From positions 114,514,001 to 114,578,000 of the forward strand of contig OX597815.1 in the NCBI GenBank assembly GCA_951406725.2: a stretch of DNA of 64,000 nucleotides, given 5' to 3'. The notes under the pieces are model-generated. The model saw only the letters and a list, made by a program, of their open reading frames with translations, did no database searches and was not told the DNA's origin. Source of the stretch: Octopus vulgaris (Eukaryota). Position numbers and translations under genes: made by a program. Below, piece by piece: positions 1 to 15,011 of the stretch; within the stretch, counting starts at the first letter, position 1, and each line of letters starts with the position of its first letter.

Positions 1-39
1 TATATATATATATATATAATATATACTCGTGAAATAGTG

Positions 40-140
40 TCATACTCAAGAAGACAACACACAGCACAGTCCGGGAATGGAACTCACTACCTCATGATTG
101 TGAACCCGAAGCTCTAACTACTGAGCCATGTGCCCTTACC
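40..140 (-). mobile_element. tRNA-derived SINE head fragment (family B)
   Basis: Degenerate match to the head of the 11549-11868 element (ctcaagaagacaac...gggaatggaactcac...ctaactactgagccatgtgcc). Confidence 0.6.
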
Positions 141-1371
141 CATCATACTCGTGTTTGGCCAAAATGCCGTATTTATTCCGTCTTCGTCAATCGTCTCAAA
201 TTACATTTCTTTGCTTTCGTAAGTCCACTCTGTATTGTTTTGTTTGCTTGAGCCCTAATTCTCCGCAAATTTTGCGGGTGCTGACGATTTGCGAAGTTCT
301 CAGTCTTGTCGTTAAAAGCATGAAACTGTGTATTAGTATTTCGGTCGATAACTGATGAAGAATTAGGGTCCTTCTGTGTCTGTCCTACGTGTATGTGTTT
401 TAGTATTTAACGCATTTTTCATTTATTGAATAAATGAATTCCACGCATCCCGACTTTTGTTAACTGTATATGTATATATATATATGTGTGTGTGTGGTAC
501 AATAATGTAAGTTAATTTTATGTTAGTTAGTTAGTTAGTTAATTTGGCTCAAAAGCAAATAGCAAGGCCATGTAGGGGGACATGGAGTTAAGTACAGGGT
601 GGTGTTCATGTAAATAGTTCAGGCCACTTGAGGTCAAGGGAGGCTTTATGTTGAAACTACAGTAGAAGACATCCAAGTTGCCGCGCGCTTGGATGGAATC
701 TAAAAGCATGGGATTGTTTTGCTATTTCGAAGGTCCATATACTTACGGCCATATTTATGCCTTTTTCTTTATTTATAGCTGCTTTCGTTTTTATTCTTTC
801 TTTCTTTCTTTATTTATTTTTACAGTATGACATGATAAATCGAAGTCGTTACGAAGAGGAGGCTGAGTACAATAGAAACAAATGTGGATAGCTTACACAT
901 TGCACTCTATTTATTTATTCATTCATTCATTTTGCGATAAATTTTTTTTTATTTGCTCTTTAATATTCGCTACTTTTAACAGTAAGCCTATTTTCAAAAA
1001 AATATATTTAACGATAAACGTAAAACTTGGGCGGAGTTCAAGGAATATATCCGAAATCTTGCTGCAAAGTCATCTTTACCATCTGGCCCAAACCTTCTTT
1101 CTCACCCACTGCTTTCATCTGCTATCTTAGTCTCCTCCTCCTCCTCCTCCTCCTCCCCTTTTTCTTCTTTCAGCTTCTTTGCGTTCTCTCTCTTTGAAAA
1201 AAAATTTTTTTTTTTTCCTTTTGCATATTTGCTTTCTTTTTCATCTCTTCTTATTCACTTCCTCTCGCTTTTTCGTCTCTCTCTCTATCCGTTTTTGGGG
1301 TGCTTTATTCTTCCTCATAATAATTCTTTCATTAGCTTTTCTATCATTCTTTGATACAAATACACGCACGC

Positions 1372-1514
1372 GCACACGCACGCACACTCGCGCACACGCA
1401 CGCACACTCGCGCACACGCACGCACACTCGCGCACACGCACGCACACTCGCGCACACGCACGCACACTCGCGCACACGCACGCACACTCGCGCACACGCA
1501 CGCACACTCGCGCA
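1372..1514. repeat. 20-bp perfect minisatellite (cgcacactcgcgcacacgca)n, ~6.5-7 copies
   Basis: Exact 20-nt periodicity visible over 1381-1514. Confidence 0.95.
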
Positions 1515-1779
1515 ATATCTGTATTTCTGTGTTTATGTGCGTGCGTGCCTGCGTATTATCGCTGCGTGTGTGTGTTTATCTAGTTACATCAGTTTGTTTA
1601 CCAATATATTTATAGTTATTTGCCTGTGAGCCTCACTAACCACACGCATACACACACATACACACAGGCACAGATACTAAAGATTACACATGTACATATG
1701 ATGAATGTGTAAGTTTATAAGTTTATTTGCGTATCTATAAATATATGTGTTATGTGTTTGTATAGGCATGTGTGCACGT

Positions 1780-1867
<88 letters not shown>

Positions 1868-2250
1868 GTCTATGTATTTATGTGCATTAAAGTGAGTTTC
1901 TCTCTCTGTATATATGCATGCATGTATGTAGGCATGCATGTATACATGTATGTATGCATGTATGTATGTATGTGTGTATGTATGTATGTATGTATGTATG
2001 TATGTATGTATGTATGTATGCATAATATGATTCATTCACTCTCTTGCGAAGAGGATAATATTTCAAAAAGTCAACATCTTTCCTTTTTAATAATATTTTC
2101 ATTGTGTAAATGGAAAAATATATACAAAATTAATCTACACTGTATGTTTTTAAAGAATTTACTTCACTTTCTGCAAGCGCGTTTTTAATTTACCCTCTTC
2201 AGTGCAGCCGTTGTAATTATAGTTAAAACAGAAAACTATATACAAATAGT

Positions 2251-2315
<65 letters not shown>

Positions 2316-2318
<3 letters not shown>

Positions 2319-3218
2319 GGTGGCTATTACTCAGCCCCAGTGGGAGGGATATATGTCCGACGGGTACCATTCGATCCGTGCTGTCTTAGCATTTTTTTTT
2401 TGCTTTTCAGGTGAAGCCATGGCGCTGTGGACAATAGAGCATCGCGTATTTGTCTATGACAGTTACGTTAAATAACGAGTCTGTCACCGCGGTTCAGCGT
2501 GAGTTTCGGCGCCACTTCAACATTCACTGAAATCAGGCTGTTCCCACCCGTAGCACAATCTTACGTTGGGTGAATGCACTTCGTACACGAGGTACTCTAA
2601 TGAATAGGAGACTGGTGGGGGTGCCAGGAACGGTACGGACCCTGGAGAATGTGGAACGCGTCAGACGAGCTTTGATATGGAATCCGAATCGCCCTGCTCG
2701 GAGGCATTCCACTGAACTTGGCATTGGTAATCGATGGGTATGGCGTATTTTGTCTGAAGACCTACATTTCCACTTGTATAAATTGTTCATTCGGCAACAG
2801 TTGAAACCATGGGACTATGCACAGCGACTTAACTTCGCATGTCAGATGAAAGCAATTTTTGAGGCAAATGACAACCTCATTTTGTTAATGAGTGATGAAG
2901 CTCATTTTCATCTCAATGGCAGGTGAATCAATAGAACTGTCGTTATTGGGCTCTTGAAAATCCAAGAGAACTGCATAAAAGACCACTGCACAGCCTAAAG
3001 TGACAGTCTGGTATGCTGTAGGAAGGTCAACTTCCAAGAACGTCTTCAGAAATGCATCAGTGGAAACGGACACCACATGATGGATGTTATTTTCCACACT
3101 TGATTTTGACAAATGCTAATTCAATACGAACACATTGATGTCAATAAAATTTGTTTTCAGTTAAAATTAATGATTTTGTTAATTTTTCATAAACGTCCAT
3201 CCTCTCTGTCCCACCCTG
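2316..3218 (+). mobile_element. Internally deleted Tc1/mariner-superfamily transposon (Tc3/rosa-like, DUF4817-type N-terminus), transposase pseudogene
   Basis: Ends are ta|cagggtgg and ccaccctg|ta with TA flanks. Broken frame from ATG ~2419 reads MALWTIEHRVF..SVTAVQREFRRHF..TILRWV..RTLENVERVR..MSDEAHFHLNG..NCRYWALENP..KVTVW, then jumps to a C-terminal ..QKCISGNGH-like segment. Confidence 0.9.
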
Positions 3219-4133
3219 TACCATATACAAATAGTGTGTTCGATTTAAAACTGTTACTGAAATCGGATTATATAGTGAACATAGGGGTTAAAGGTTGAAG
3301 GAAATAAAATTACGCAGACTACGAAAGGTTAGGCAATCAATCAGGAAATTCAAATTAAAATATTTCCTTTCTTTTCAGATGTAATGTTTGTCTTCAAGTC
3401 AGCTAAATTTTGTATGAGCAATGGGAAGAAATACGTGCTATGCGGTGTAGTACCATTTTAACCTATGACACAGCAGCTTGCAACCAATCTGGCAGACAAT
3501 ATTTCGCATATGAAAACCTGATCCACATTGAGGCTGAAGCTCTAATTGTCAGAACGATGGCTGCACGGTGATTCATTTGCTTTTTGCAAAGAAGAGATAA
3601 TTTTTCTATTAGCAAACAACTTTTAATTACTAATTTTATTAAGTTGAAAAATAAAGACAAGACTAATTTATACTGGTTGTTTTTAATAGAACATAAACTT
3701 CTAAATTCCTTTCCTATTTAGTGGAAATCTTCGCCTGAACATTTCCTTCCTTATTTTTTAAAAATTTTTCGATGAGACAGCGTTTTCCTGCCTACACACA
3801 GAGAGATAGCCAGGAGCATAATACTTTGTAGATACGTAGAATTGTCAGAGAGATGTAATGTTCGCGACCTCATTCACTTTAACCTTTCGCTTTCACCTAT
3901 CAGCTGATTTCGCAAGCAGACGCAACTATTACTACAAATTATTGAATTTTAAATTTGAATACACTATTGATACAAATATAGTTTCTCATTATGACAATAA
4001 TTCGCACACGTGTACATTTAAATAGAAAAGGATAATAAATTCGAAATGAATTCGAAACTGACTCTGACAGATGATTGCTTTTTAGTCTTGGCTGACAAAA
4101 TATCAAGGAGATTGAAAACTCACTTTAAATATA

Positions 4134-4209
<76 letters not shown>

Positions 4210-4235
4210 CATACATACATACATACATACATACA

Positions 4236-4271
<36 letters not shown>

Positions 4272-4616
4272 TGTATATTACACACACACAAACACACGCA
4301 CTGGTTGTCACAAATTATTACAATACATATATACATTCTTTGATAATAATAATAAAAATGTTAAAACAGTTTACAAGGAAAAATCTTGAGAAAATATTAA
4401 AAAGTTCATTGAAGTCCGGCGGAATTGTCTCATACTGCAATATGAATGAAATAGCTGATGAGATTTCTTTGCCAAAACTATACTGCCTTTTTTGTAAAAT
4501 TCAGCTGAGATGGGGTCTGAGCCAATAGCTTTTACCACTAGATAACCGACGAATTGCTTTTTGCACATCTTCCAATGCAGTTTTTGTACCCAGCGTCTCA
4601 TATATACTATCTGTAG

Positions 4617-5033
<417 letters not shown>

Positions 5034-5278
5034 TCATACATATCTATGTGTGTTTGTGTTTCATGTCACTAATGAGTATTCATTAAGTGAGGAAGCTTAA
5101 GGGAAGATTCTGATGTAAGACCTCCTGTTGAAATAGCTTTCGGTTACCTTAGTATTGATTGACGCTGTCGGTACATAGAGAGTGACATTACTGTCAGCCT
5201 AGTGTATGTCACTATATTTTTGTGATGTACATATGTCTCGTCCATAAGACATTTATCAACTGACGAGATGAAGTAAAC

Positions 5279-5347
<69 letters not shown>

Positions 5348-5589
5348 TTGCATGTCTATGCATGTATGTATTGGTTAATGTGCGTATATGTGTTTGTGGT
5401 TGTGTAGAAATCGGGAGATCAGCAGAATAACTGTGATGATACGTGGATATAGGATTTTAATAATGCTTTTCAGCGTTTCGGGGTCGATGAAATAAGATAT
5501 CGGTCAAATATTGGGGTCGATGGGATTGACTAATCACCAATCCACAAAAGTCCTGTCTTTGTACCTAAATTAGAAAACATTATTTAATA

Positions 5590-5804
5590 ACTCTTTCCCC
5601 TAGAGGCGCAAGGCCTGAAATTTTTAGGGGAGGGTGGTAGTCGATACATCGAACCCAGTGCACAACTGGTGCGTATTTTATCGATCCAGAAAGGATGAAA
5701 AGCAAAGTCGACCTCAAAAGAATTTGAACTCAGAACATAAAGCCACAAAATTGTTGCTAAGCATTTTGCGCTGCGCACTAGCAATTCTGCTAACTCTCCA
5801 CCTT
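5590..5804 (-). mobile_element. SINE family A copy
   Basis: Shared core atcga(c)ccgaaaggatgaaaggcaaagtcgacctc, seen in about 20 copies or fragments in the window. Confidence 0.85.
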
Positions 5805-5854
5805 TACTAATATTTAATAAAATTGAATAAGGAAGTCTTATGTAAGATTTTAGA

Positions 5855-6675
<821 letters not shown>

Positions 6676-6870
6676 TGTAGATAGATGTCATATACTTTAC
6701 ATTTTAAAGGATCTTTCCTCTGGACTTTTCCTGCAGCCTGTATGCGTTAAAACAAGAGACATGCATTAAGTATGCGACATCAATAACGTTTACATTATTA
6801 GACCTGCTTCTAACTCAAAATTTTATGCACACACACACATACACGCATACATACATGCATACATTCATAC

Positions 6871-6905
<35 letters not shown>

Positions 6906-6979
6906 TGTGTGTGTGTGTGTATGTATGTATATATATATGTATATAGGTTATATATTATACGCTCGCATACATCTATGTA

Positions 6980-7034
<55 letters not shown>

Positions 7035-7343
7035 CTAGATAGTTGTCGAGAGAGAGAGATGCACGCATATGTAATACGTGCGCGTGTGTGTGTCGTGTGT
7101 GCGCGCGCGTGCATGTGCATGTTTAGTATTTGCATTCTCATGTAATTTCAATGCAACTAAACACTAAACACGTTTCCCTATTCTAATGTGCAGGACATGA
7201 CAACTACAGCGGTTTCAATTACAAACTCTAACAATAAACGTAGTAATGTCAGATGAACGAATATTGGATCTATGATGCTTGATAAGATTTCATAACATTG
7301 TGTATCAACATAGATACATACATACACACGTATATATATATAT

Positions 7344-7493
<150 letters not shown>

Positions 7494-8291
7494 GGCAAAA
7501 ATACCTCGAATGGTGGAAATGCCGATCTAAAGTTTAGATTGTGTTTGCTGTAATTGCTGCTATGTGCTCGGGGCTTCGATCCTGACTTCGTTTATGGCAG
7601 CATTTTGAAACCATTCTGCTAAAACTGTAGGAGAGCTTTCCTCCCCAAGGAGCTAGTTTCACATTATTCCTTATTTAATTCTCGATGGCAGTAATATTCG
7701 ACTTAATGTAAAATAGGGTATTGTATGAGTAGATAACTGATAGGGTTAAAATTGCACAAATATCCATAATTGTGTAAGTTTGGTAGGAAGGAAATTAACG
7801 TCTACAGAGAACAAAAGGACACTTTGTTGAAACGTTAACTCCAACAGTGCATTGGACAAATAGAATCAAAAAATATTTGGCTTGAAGTTTGATATCATCA
7901 TAAGAGTTTCTTATGTGTGTGACCTGTTATTGTTTTCTTTATGTAATAGCATAATTGTGGTTGAAATTTTGTAACGAAAACCCGAGAGTAGAACTAACTC
8001 ATTTATTTTATGAATTGTAAAGAAAATGTTTTGATGTTTAAATAATGGTTTTATTCTTGTGAATGCGACCCCCTCCCTGTCATGGATGTATACGATATTA
8101 CCTCGAAGAGAATCGGTTTAATAGTTTAAAAATTATTGTTCATTATTTGCTACCTTTATCAAGAAAAATATTTTTTTTTCGGATACCTCTGAGAATGCAT
8201 GTGTTTGTACACACACACACACATACATACATACATACATACATACATACATACATACATACATACATACATACATACATACATACATACA

Positions 8292-8322
<31 letters not shown>

Positions 8323-9156
8323 GCATCTGTGTGTGTGTGCACGAGTGAGTGCGTGAGCTTGTGTTTTGTGAGTCTTGAGTGTGTGTGTGTGTGTGTGTGG
8401 AAACAATAAGAAAATGGCAGAGAGAAAGCTCAAGAAAGAGTAGAGGAAGAGATAAATTAAGGTTTTTTCTCTTTTAGTAGTAGCAGCAGCAACAACAGCA
8501 ACAAAAGGTCGATGCAGTTGGTAATTAGCTTGGATTGCTGAAGTTTGTTCCATGGAAAACATACATGGTTAAGATGGAAATTCTGGTTTGATACAGTTCT
8601 GATATGGAAGAGGGGAACTAAGTAGAGAATTGAGTGTTGGATTTATAGAGATTCAGTAAGGATGACCAGAGTGGGAGGAATAACGAGGGAACTGGTTGAG
8701 CTTTGAAGGTAGTTCTTTAATTTGTGGTAGCCTTTACAAGTAACGTCATGATAGAGAACTAACTGGAAGAAACAGATTTAATTAATGGCTTATTCAGATG
8801 AGGAAGTACAGGACAGTATCCTCTTTCCAGGTCCCTGAGGCAGGTGAAGAGAAAAAAATAAGAAGTTATTCTGAGACTAGATATCTTGCCTAAATGCTTG
8901 CAACAGTTTGGACTCTGCTAAAGGCAACCAAGAGTCAGACGGGGGTGTTAAAACGAACGATGGATTGAGTCTAACTAACATCCATGAACTGGAATGGCCC
9001 CTCTGACAGAATTCCTTAGTTTTCATCAGCCAAATTTCACGTAGAAGGTTATATTCGACCTGAGTATGTACCAGGTGACATTTATTCATGACACCGCGCA
9101 GTGACATCGAACCCAACACCGCGCGAAAATTTCTTAAACAGCAGCATCAGTAGCGA

Positions 9157-9157
<1 letters not shown>

Positions 9158-9232
<75 letters not shown>

Positions 9233-9272
9233 GGTGGTGGTGGTGGTGGTGGTGGTGGTGGTGGTGGTGGTT

Positions 9273-9306
<34 letters not shown>
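9158..9306. repeat. (AGT)n(GGT)n(AGT)n trinucleotide array
   Basis: Direct reading. It sits inside otherwise unique sequence. Confidence 0.97.
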
Positions 9307-11029
9307 CGACAATAGCAACGGCAACGGTCGATGCTTGCACTTTAGTCTACTCAACTACAGCGTGTACCAGACGAATGCCGGCGCAGCATGTTACTCTTCA
9401 GTTGTCACATCTTCAGTGTTCCACAAGGACATACGTGAGACGGGGTGGAGAGACAAGCGAGTCTGCTTTGTCTGCTCGCCACTATATGGACATGTCAAAC
9501 AGGAACTGAATTTTTCTCAACCTCATGGTTAACAAAGAAATTGAATGTAATAAGAGTGAAGCAGAAGAGTTAGGGGATTGATATACTGCGTCAGTGGTTG
9601 TGTGGCCTTTGTGTGTTCGTGAGTGAATGTTTGTTCATCAGTTGGACGATTTTTTTTTAATATTTTGTTTTGTGTTTTGGCGGTGGGAAGCGATAGTTGG
9701 GGGAGGTGATGATGATGCTGGTGGGGAGATATTCGTATATAGCAGCTGCTATCTCCCACTTAAGAGAGAAGTAGTACGGCAGAGTGAACACTGGCACTTT
9801 GTGGAAGGTTAGAATTGAAATATTTAATGAACATGAGGGGAAAGCCAAGCTTTCTGGATACGGTTTTAGCAATGTTATATATGTGATGTGAAGGCTCTTG
9901 ATTATAAGGTCGTGAGTTCAATTCATGAACGGAGCACTGCCTTGTGTCCTTGAGCAAATCACTTCAGTTTATGATTCAGTCTGCTCTGCTGTAATAGGTG
10001 TTGCCGAGTGATGGTGCAACCCCTCACCTTCTAGCTTTCATACCCTCGATGTTCATCTGGGATAGGAATGAGGGTGCTGAGAAGGCGAATACGTCTGCAC
10101 ATGACTACATAGATACCTTAAACAAAAACATGGTACATGTAACTAAGTCATATTCTCTCACAAGTGACGGTTCGATATACTTTATTGATGTGTTATTGTA
10201 GCTGCTGTTGTTGTTTAGACCCCTAATAAACTCTGATCAAGCAGATCTATGATCATAAGCAATCTAACCGTGGCCATCCCATTTGCAGAAGCGTGTAGAC
10301 TGGAAAAAGTTATCTAAAGTTTCTTCGCCTTATTTAAGACGACAGTGTGTGTTTTTCTAGGGACATTTGACAACTGTTTCTGACAGGTTGAGCGACAATT
10401 TACTCTCTCGAGGGATTAGCAAAGGCTTCGCATTTGGGGCGACTTTGGTGGTTTCAGCTTTGTGATGCTCATTATGAGGGAGAATGTTATGTTGCTAGGC
10501 ATGTTGCATGTATATCGTTTGTGACTGTGCCTTGTTTCTGTTGCAGGAGAGTAGACTGTCATACTTCCAGTGGAAAATATTTTCGATATATGTGTTTCTC
10601 TAATCAGAGCAAGTCTGTTTGGAGTAAAGTTTAATTGCGAAAAGTTTGGAAATTAATGGTGATGTTGTTAACAGCAGATACGTATTAGGTAAGAATGATA
10701 AAAAGCTTCCGTTCCTGTTATTAATGAAGTGACCTATGTAAATATTTCATAACATGAAACACTTAGAAACACTTAGAACATTCTTAATTAGTTTTTCTCT
10801 TCGAACTTGAAGTTAAAAAAAAAAATTCCCGACAAACTCAATTTTCTGTTTAAGTGCTATATTGATAGCTTGGCGTTAACCGAGTTTTGGCAGGTTTTTT
10901 TTTTTTCTTTTTTCCAAGGTTGAAGATATTGAGTAATTACTCTTTTGCATGGAATGAATATTCTTTATAAAATAAAAACTAAGCTCTCATGGGTGTGTAT
11001 GTTGTGTGTATGCATACACCTGTGCGTGC

Positions 11030-11440
11030 ATGATGCCCTTGCTCCTTCTACCAAGTTGTTCAAAAAATCAATAGTTCGTATCACTTCGACGGTGCTACAG
11101 ACCTATCGTGTAACAGAAATGGAAAGCAGGTTTTGCTTGAAGAAATTCAGAATTGAAAAGCCAGGTGGTGGCTTAATTTTGCTGTCACTTTTCCTGACAT
11201 AGTTCGATGGTTTTTGTACACGGTACATTTCGTTATTCCGCATCCCTTCTCAGTGAGCTTTGCCTACCGTCCAGAATCATGCTTACCAGAACTGCTTTTC
11301 CTTGGTTTTGGAATGCTAACATGGTTTTAGAAACTGTACCTCTCGAAATATTAAATAATCCAGCAGTTCTGAGACTAAAGCTCCAATCATTCACGCTCCA
11401 GCAATTTGTCCTCTTTGAAAATCAATAGGTCACGTATGTT
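11030..11440 (-). mobile_element. Decayed Tc1-like transposase N-terminal remnant
   Basis: Minus strand at ~11430 gives RDL..FQRGQIAGA (with a frameshift), followed by LLNISRGTVSK-like HTH sequence. No clear TIRs. Confidence 0.55.
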
Positions 11441-11548
11441 AATTCACTTAAAAATAAGTATCTGCCAAAAAAAAAAACGGAAAAACAAAGGGCTATATGA
11501 TGAAGTATAAGGCATATCTAATACATATAAACATATGTCTTCTTAAGA

Positions 11549-11868
11549 CTCCGCCGGTTACGACGACGAGGGTCCCAGCTGATACGATCAACGGAACAGC
11601 TTGCTCGTGAAATTAACGTGCAAATGGCTGAGCATTCCACAGACACGTGTACCCTTAACGTAGTTCTCGGGGATAATCAGCGTGACACAGAGAGTGACAA
11701 GGCTGACCCTTTGAAATACAAGTACAACTCATTTTTGCCAGCTGAGTGGACTGGAGCAACGTGAAATAAAGTGTCTTGCTCAAGGACACAACGCGTCGCC
11801 GGGAATCGAACTCACAACCTTACGATCATGAGCCGAATGCCCTAACCACTAAGCCACGCGCCCTCACT
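11549..11868 (-). mobile_element. Full-length tRNA-derived SINE (family B) with 11-bp TSD
   Basis: Head gcgcgtggcttagtggttagggcattcggc...gagttcgattcccggc carries A and B boxes. Direct repeat taaacatatgt at 11528-11538 and 11869-11879. Confidence 0.92.
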
Positions 11869-12049
11869 TAAACATATGTATGCGGACTAGAACAGTTCTG
11901 AATTTGTCATATTTCCAATAGAATAAATAATTAACTAAAAATTGGTAATTCCATTATTTTGTCCGATCTTTGTGTTGTACATTGTAGATTAAATAATTAT
12001 CTAATAGATTCAATAACTGTAAATATGAAATTTGCTTTAGAATATTAAG

Positions 12050-12245
12050 TGGTTGTTCGACCGACTAGAAATAGTATCCAAATGTTCATCAAACTATACC
12101 ATACCATCTTATAGAATGAAGGTACATTAGATGATATAGACCACGATGCATATACATCTTGTGGGAGGCCAAGATGGTCATAGCTGGAACGACTCTGATC
12201 GTAAGTCTGTTCAACTAAGGCCGGCTTGAGCAAAACAGCAACAAT
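12050..12245 (+). mobile_element. Dispersed repeat family E (tagaaatagcagccaaatc...ctaaacaacaac), old SINE-like
   Basis: Diverged relatives at ~10210-10400(-), 23770-23840, 30510-30670(-), 46165-46240(-), 50170-50250, 51360-51540(-), 53600-53795, 57780-57850 and 62095-62280. Confidence 0.65.
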
Positions 12246-12472
12246 AACGATAGCTACAACGTTTATTGTATCTTACGAATATATCTTCAGCTGTCAACAA
12301 AATAACGCTGGGATATAGCTTTAAGTTTCAAATCCTGTCGTAGGTTCACATAAATACACGAAAACCGTTAGTTTGCTTATTTAAGAGAAAATACAATTAT
12401 TTTTCTATAAATTCAATTTTTTTTATTTTCAACAGAGTGGGTATCATTTCTGTAGCTAAAACATATATAATA

Positions 12473-12987
12473 CTAGCAGTATCGCCCGGCGTTGCTCGGG
12501 TTTGTAAGGGAAATAACTATATAAGCATTTTTAGAGAGTTACTTCCTTTATAGATGCCAATTCGGGCTTTCTTAGCCATTTCTGTTTTGGTGTCTTCAAG
12601 CCATGAAGTCGTTGTTCTAAAAGAACGCTGGTCTCCTTGACAACGCATTACGACGTTGATTTCCTTAAACTCCCTTCCCCACAGCTTCACGAGGGAGGGA
12701 AGAAGGGGGAGAAGCAAACAGGTGCAGGTGTTTAAGCGTGGACGCCAACTCCGCCGCCATCGACACACGAAAAATTATGCATTAAAATGGAATAAAAAAT
12801 GATGTTAAATTATTTTTAAAATCGTAGACTCATCGTAGACGCGCGCTAATAGCCAGACGGGCTAGATATTAATCACGACTATAAGATACCCGGTTTTGGT
12901 TAAACTGCACCGCAAAATGTGGGAGGAGTTAGGAATCTAAATCGTAGGAGACAGACACTCACACAACTACAGTTTTATATATATAGA
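12473..12987 (-). mobile_element. Non-autonomous Helitron
   Basis: Minus strand starts A|TCtatatatataaaa and ends cccgagcaacgccggg (hairpin) + cgatactgCTAG|T. These are canonical TC...hairpin-CTRR ends between A and T with no TSD. Confidence 0.85.
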
Positions 12988-14119
12988 TATTTGAGATGTT
13001 TTTATATATATAGATATTTGAGATGTTTTTATCATCTCTTTACTTTTTGAGTTCAAATTTCATCTTAGTTAACTTTGCATTTCATTCATCTGAGACCGAA
13101 ATTCTTATTAATGCGTTGATTGAGACATTTTGAAATCTCAGAATCTAGAATATGCTTAGAGTTTTACACTTGGATATGGTGCCAGGCCGTTGTTCAAGAA
13201 TTCGCTAGCTAATATCCCGTCACGTGTGCTAAGCTACGTCCATGGTCAAGACTCCTAATTCTCAAGTGACTTTGTCTACCAAACTATAAATAGAAACTCT
13301 GAATACTGAAATTTATCGCTGTGGTCAGCGGGAAGACTGTGTAATTTATGAGTATTCCTATTCCCTTAGTTTATTTTATTACTGGAAAGAGATGGAATAT
13401 GTCAGGCTGACATGTTCTAGATATACGACTATTAGTATCATCATCACTATTACCATCAGACTTTTTTAAAGCATGCCGAATTGAAACACATTTCTTTTTT
13501 TTTTTTTTTTTGTTTCTCAATATTTATTTCAAGCTGTATAAAAGCAGATTCTGCGTTCTGTAATTTTGTTAAATTATCTTTTATACGCTTCAACTATGTT
13601 AAACTAAATTGTAACTCTGTAATTCATTATAAGCAATTATTGTCTTTCCTCACCTATCGTTCTTAGATAGAAATTTACGTAATGCATTTTCTTAACAGGT
13701 ACAAATGATCGGATGGTTACTGACAATATTCTTGTGTGGCAAATCTGCTTCGTATTAATGAAGTATCTGAGATTTTCATTTCAAAGTAATTTTTATTCAA
13801 ATTTGAATTTTGAGAAGAAGATATTCCCTTGAGTAAAGGGGGATGTTGGGAGGGCGAAAGAGAAAAGAGAGTTGCAAGTGGTGAGAGAGAAAATAAAAGG
13901 AACGAGAGAGAAAGACAGGAGAGTGTCGATGTATGCGTATATGTATGTGTGCGTGTATGTCTGTGTATGCATGCGCATGTGTGCGCAACAACAGTAACTC
14001 GACAGAATTGTGAAATATTTTTTAATGCAGCTCCCAGAATAAGGAATGGAATCAAACTCGAAACAAGTTATAAATAAACAAAAGAATGTTTTTAAAGATG
14101 TTAAAGAAGAACGACAGAC

Positions 14120-14182
<63 letters not shown>

Positions 14183-15011
14183 AAGAGAGAGAGAGAGAGC
14201 GAGAGAGACAGAAAGAGATAGATGAGAGGCGGGAAAAGAGGAGTAAAAATCGTATGAAAGAAAAGGATGATTGTGGAACAAAATAAAACATCGATGACTA
14301 AAATAAACAAAATCCGTTGTTACGAAGTAAGTGGCGGGAAGGTGATTAAATAAGAATTTATAACAAGAAATGTAGAGGAAGACAGAAACGAGAAAAAGGG
14401 AGAGAGTGAGATGTAGTAGTGGTGTAGGCATAAAAAGCATGATTACAGAAAAAATTATTAATTACACTAAGCAGTGTGTAAAGGAAGTTTACAGAATCGA
14501 GATGTGATGTTACCGCTTACAACAAGAATCAAAATTACATAAAGAGTTGGGTTTTTATTCCCTCGTAGTTTAGTTGGCATAAGGAAGCCGATAAATTATT
14601 TTATATGATAGGAACAATGTATTTTGAGCGTTATAACTATTGCAGTCTTTATTGTCTAGCTGATTCCAAACTGCACTTGATGAACTTGATACTGATTTCT
14701 TTTGAACTAATCACTAAGCCCTGAGTTTGTAAAACAAAGAAGGAAACAGTATTGTGATGTTAATGCCTCAAACTCCGAGGTGCTTAGAACGAGGAATTAA
14801 AACTACTTCAAAGAGAGATTACGTTTTATTCTAAAACTATTACTTGCATTCAATATTGATATTTTGTTTTTGGCAAGGAAAATAGGAGGAGATGAAGTAA
14901 TATCCAAAGAGCATTACTGCTTTAGTAAAGTTAATTGTGTTTAACCAAAAATTGAAAATATATGGCAATTTTGGTAACTAGGAACCAAAATAAGCACCTT
15001 TGAACTTAAAT

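Noticed and set aside
1372-1514. CRISPR-like array
   Set aside because: Contiguous identical units with no spacers, in a eukaryotic context.
3360-3600. Possible exon after a strong acceptor (ttccttcttttcag-like, ~3378)
   Set aside because: No convincing open frame or donor site, and such acceptors are common in AT-rich DNA.
11790-11868. tRNA gene
   Set aside because: It is a SINE head with A/B boxes that continues into the SINE body and is flanked by a TSD. The same applies to the other tRNA-like segments.
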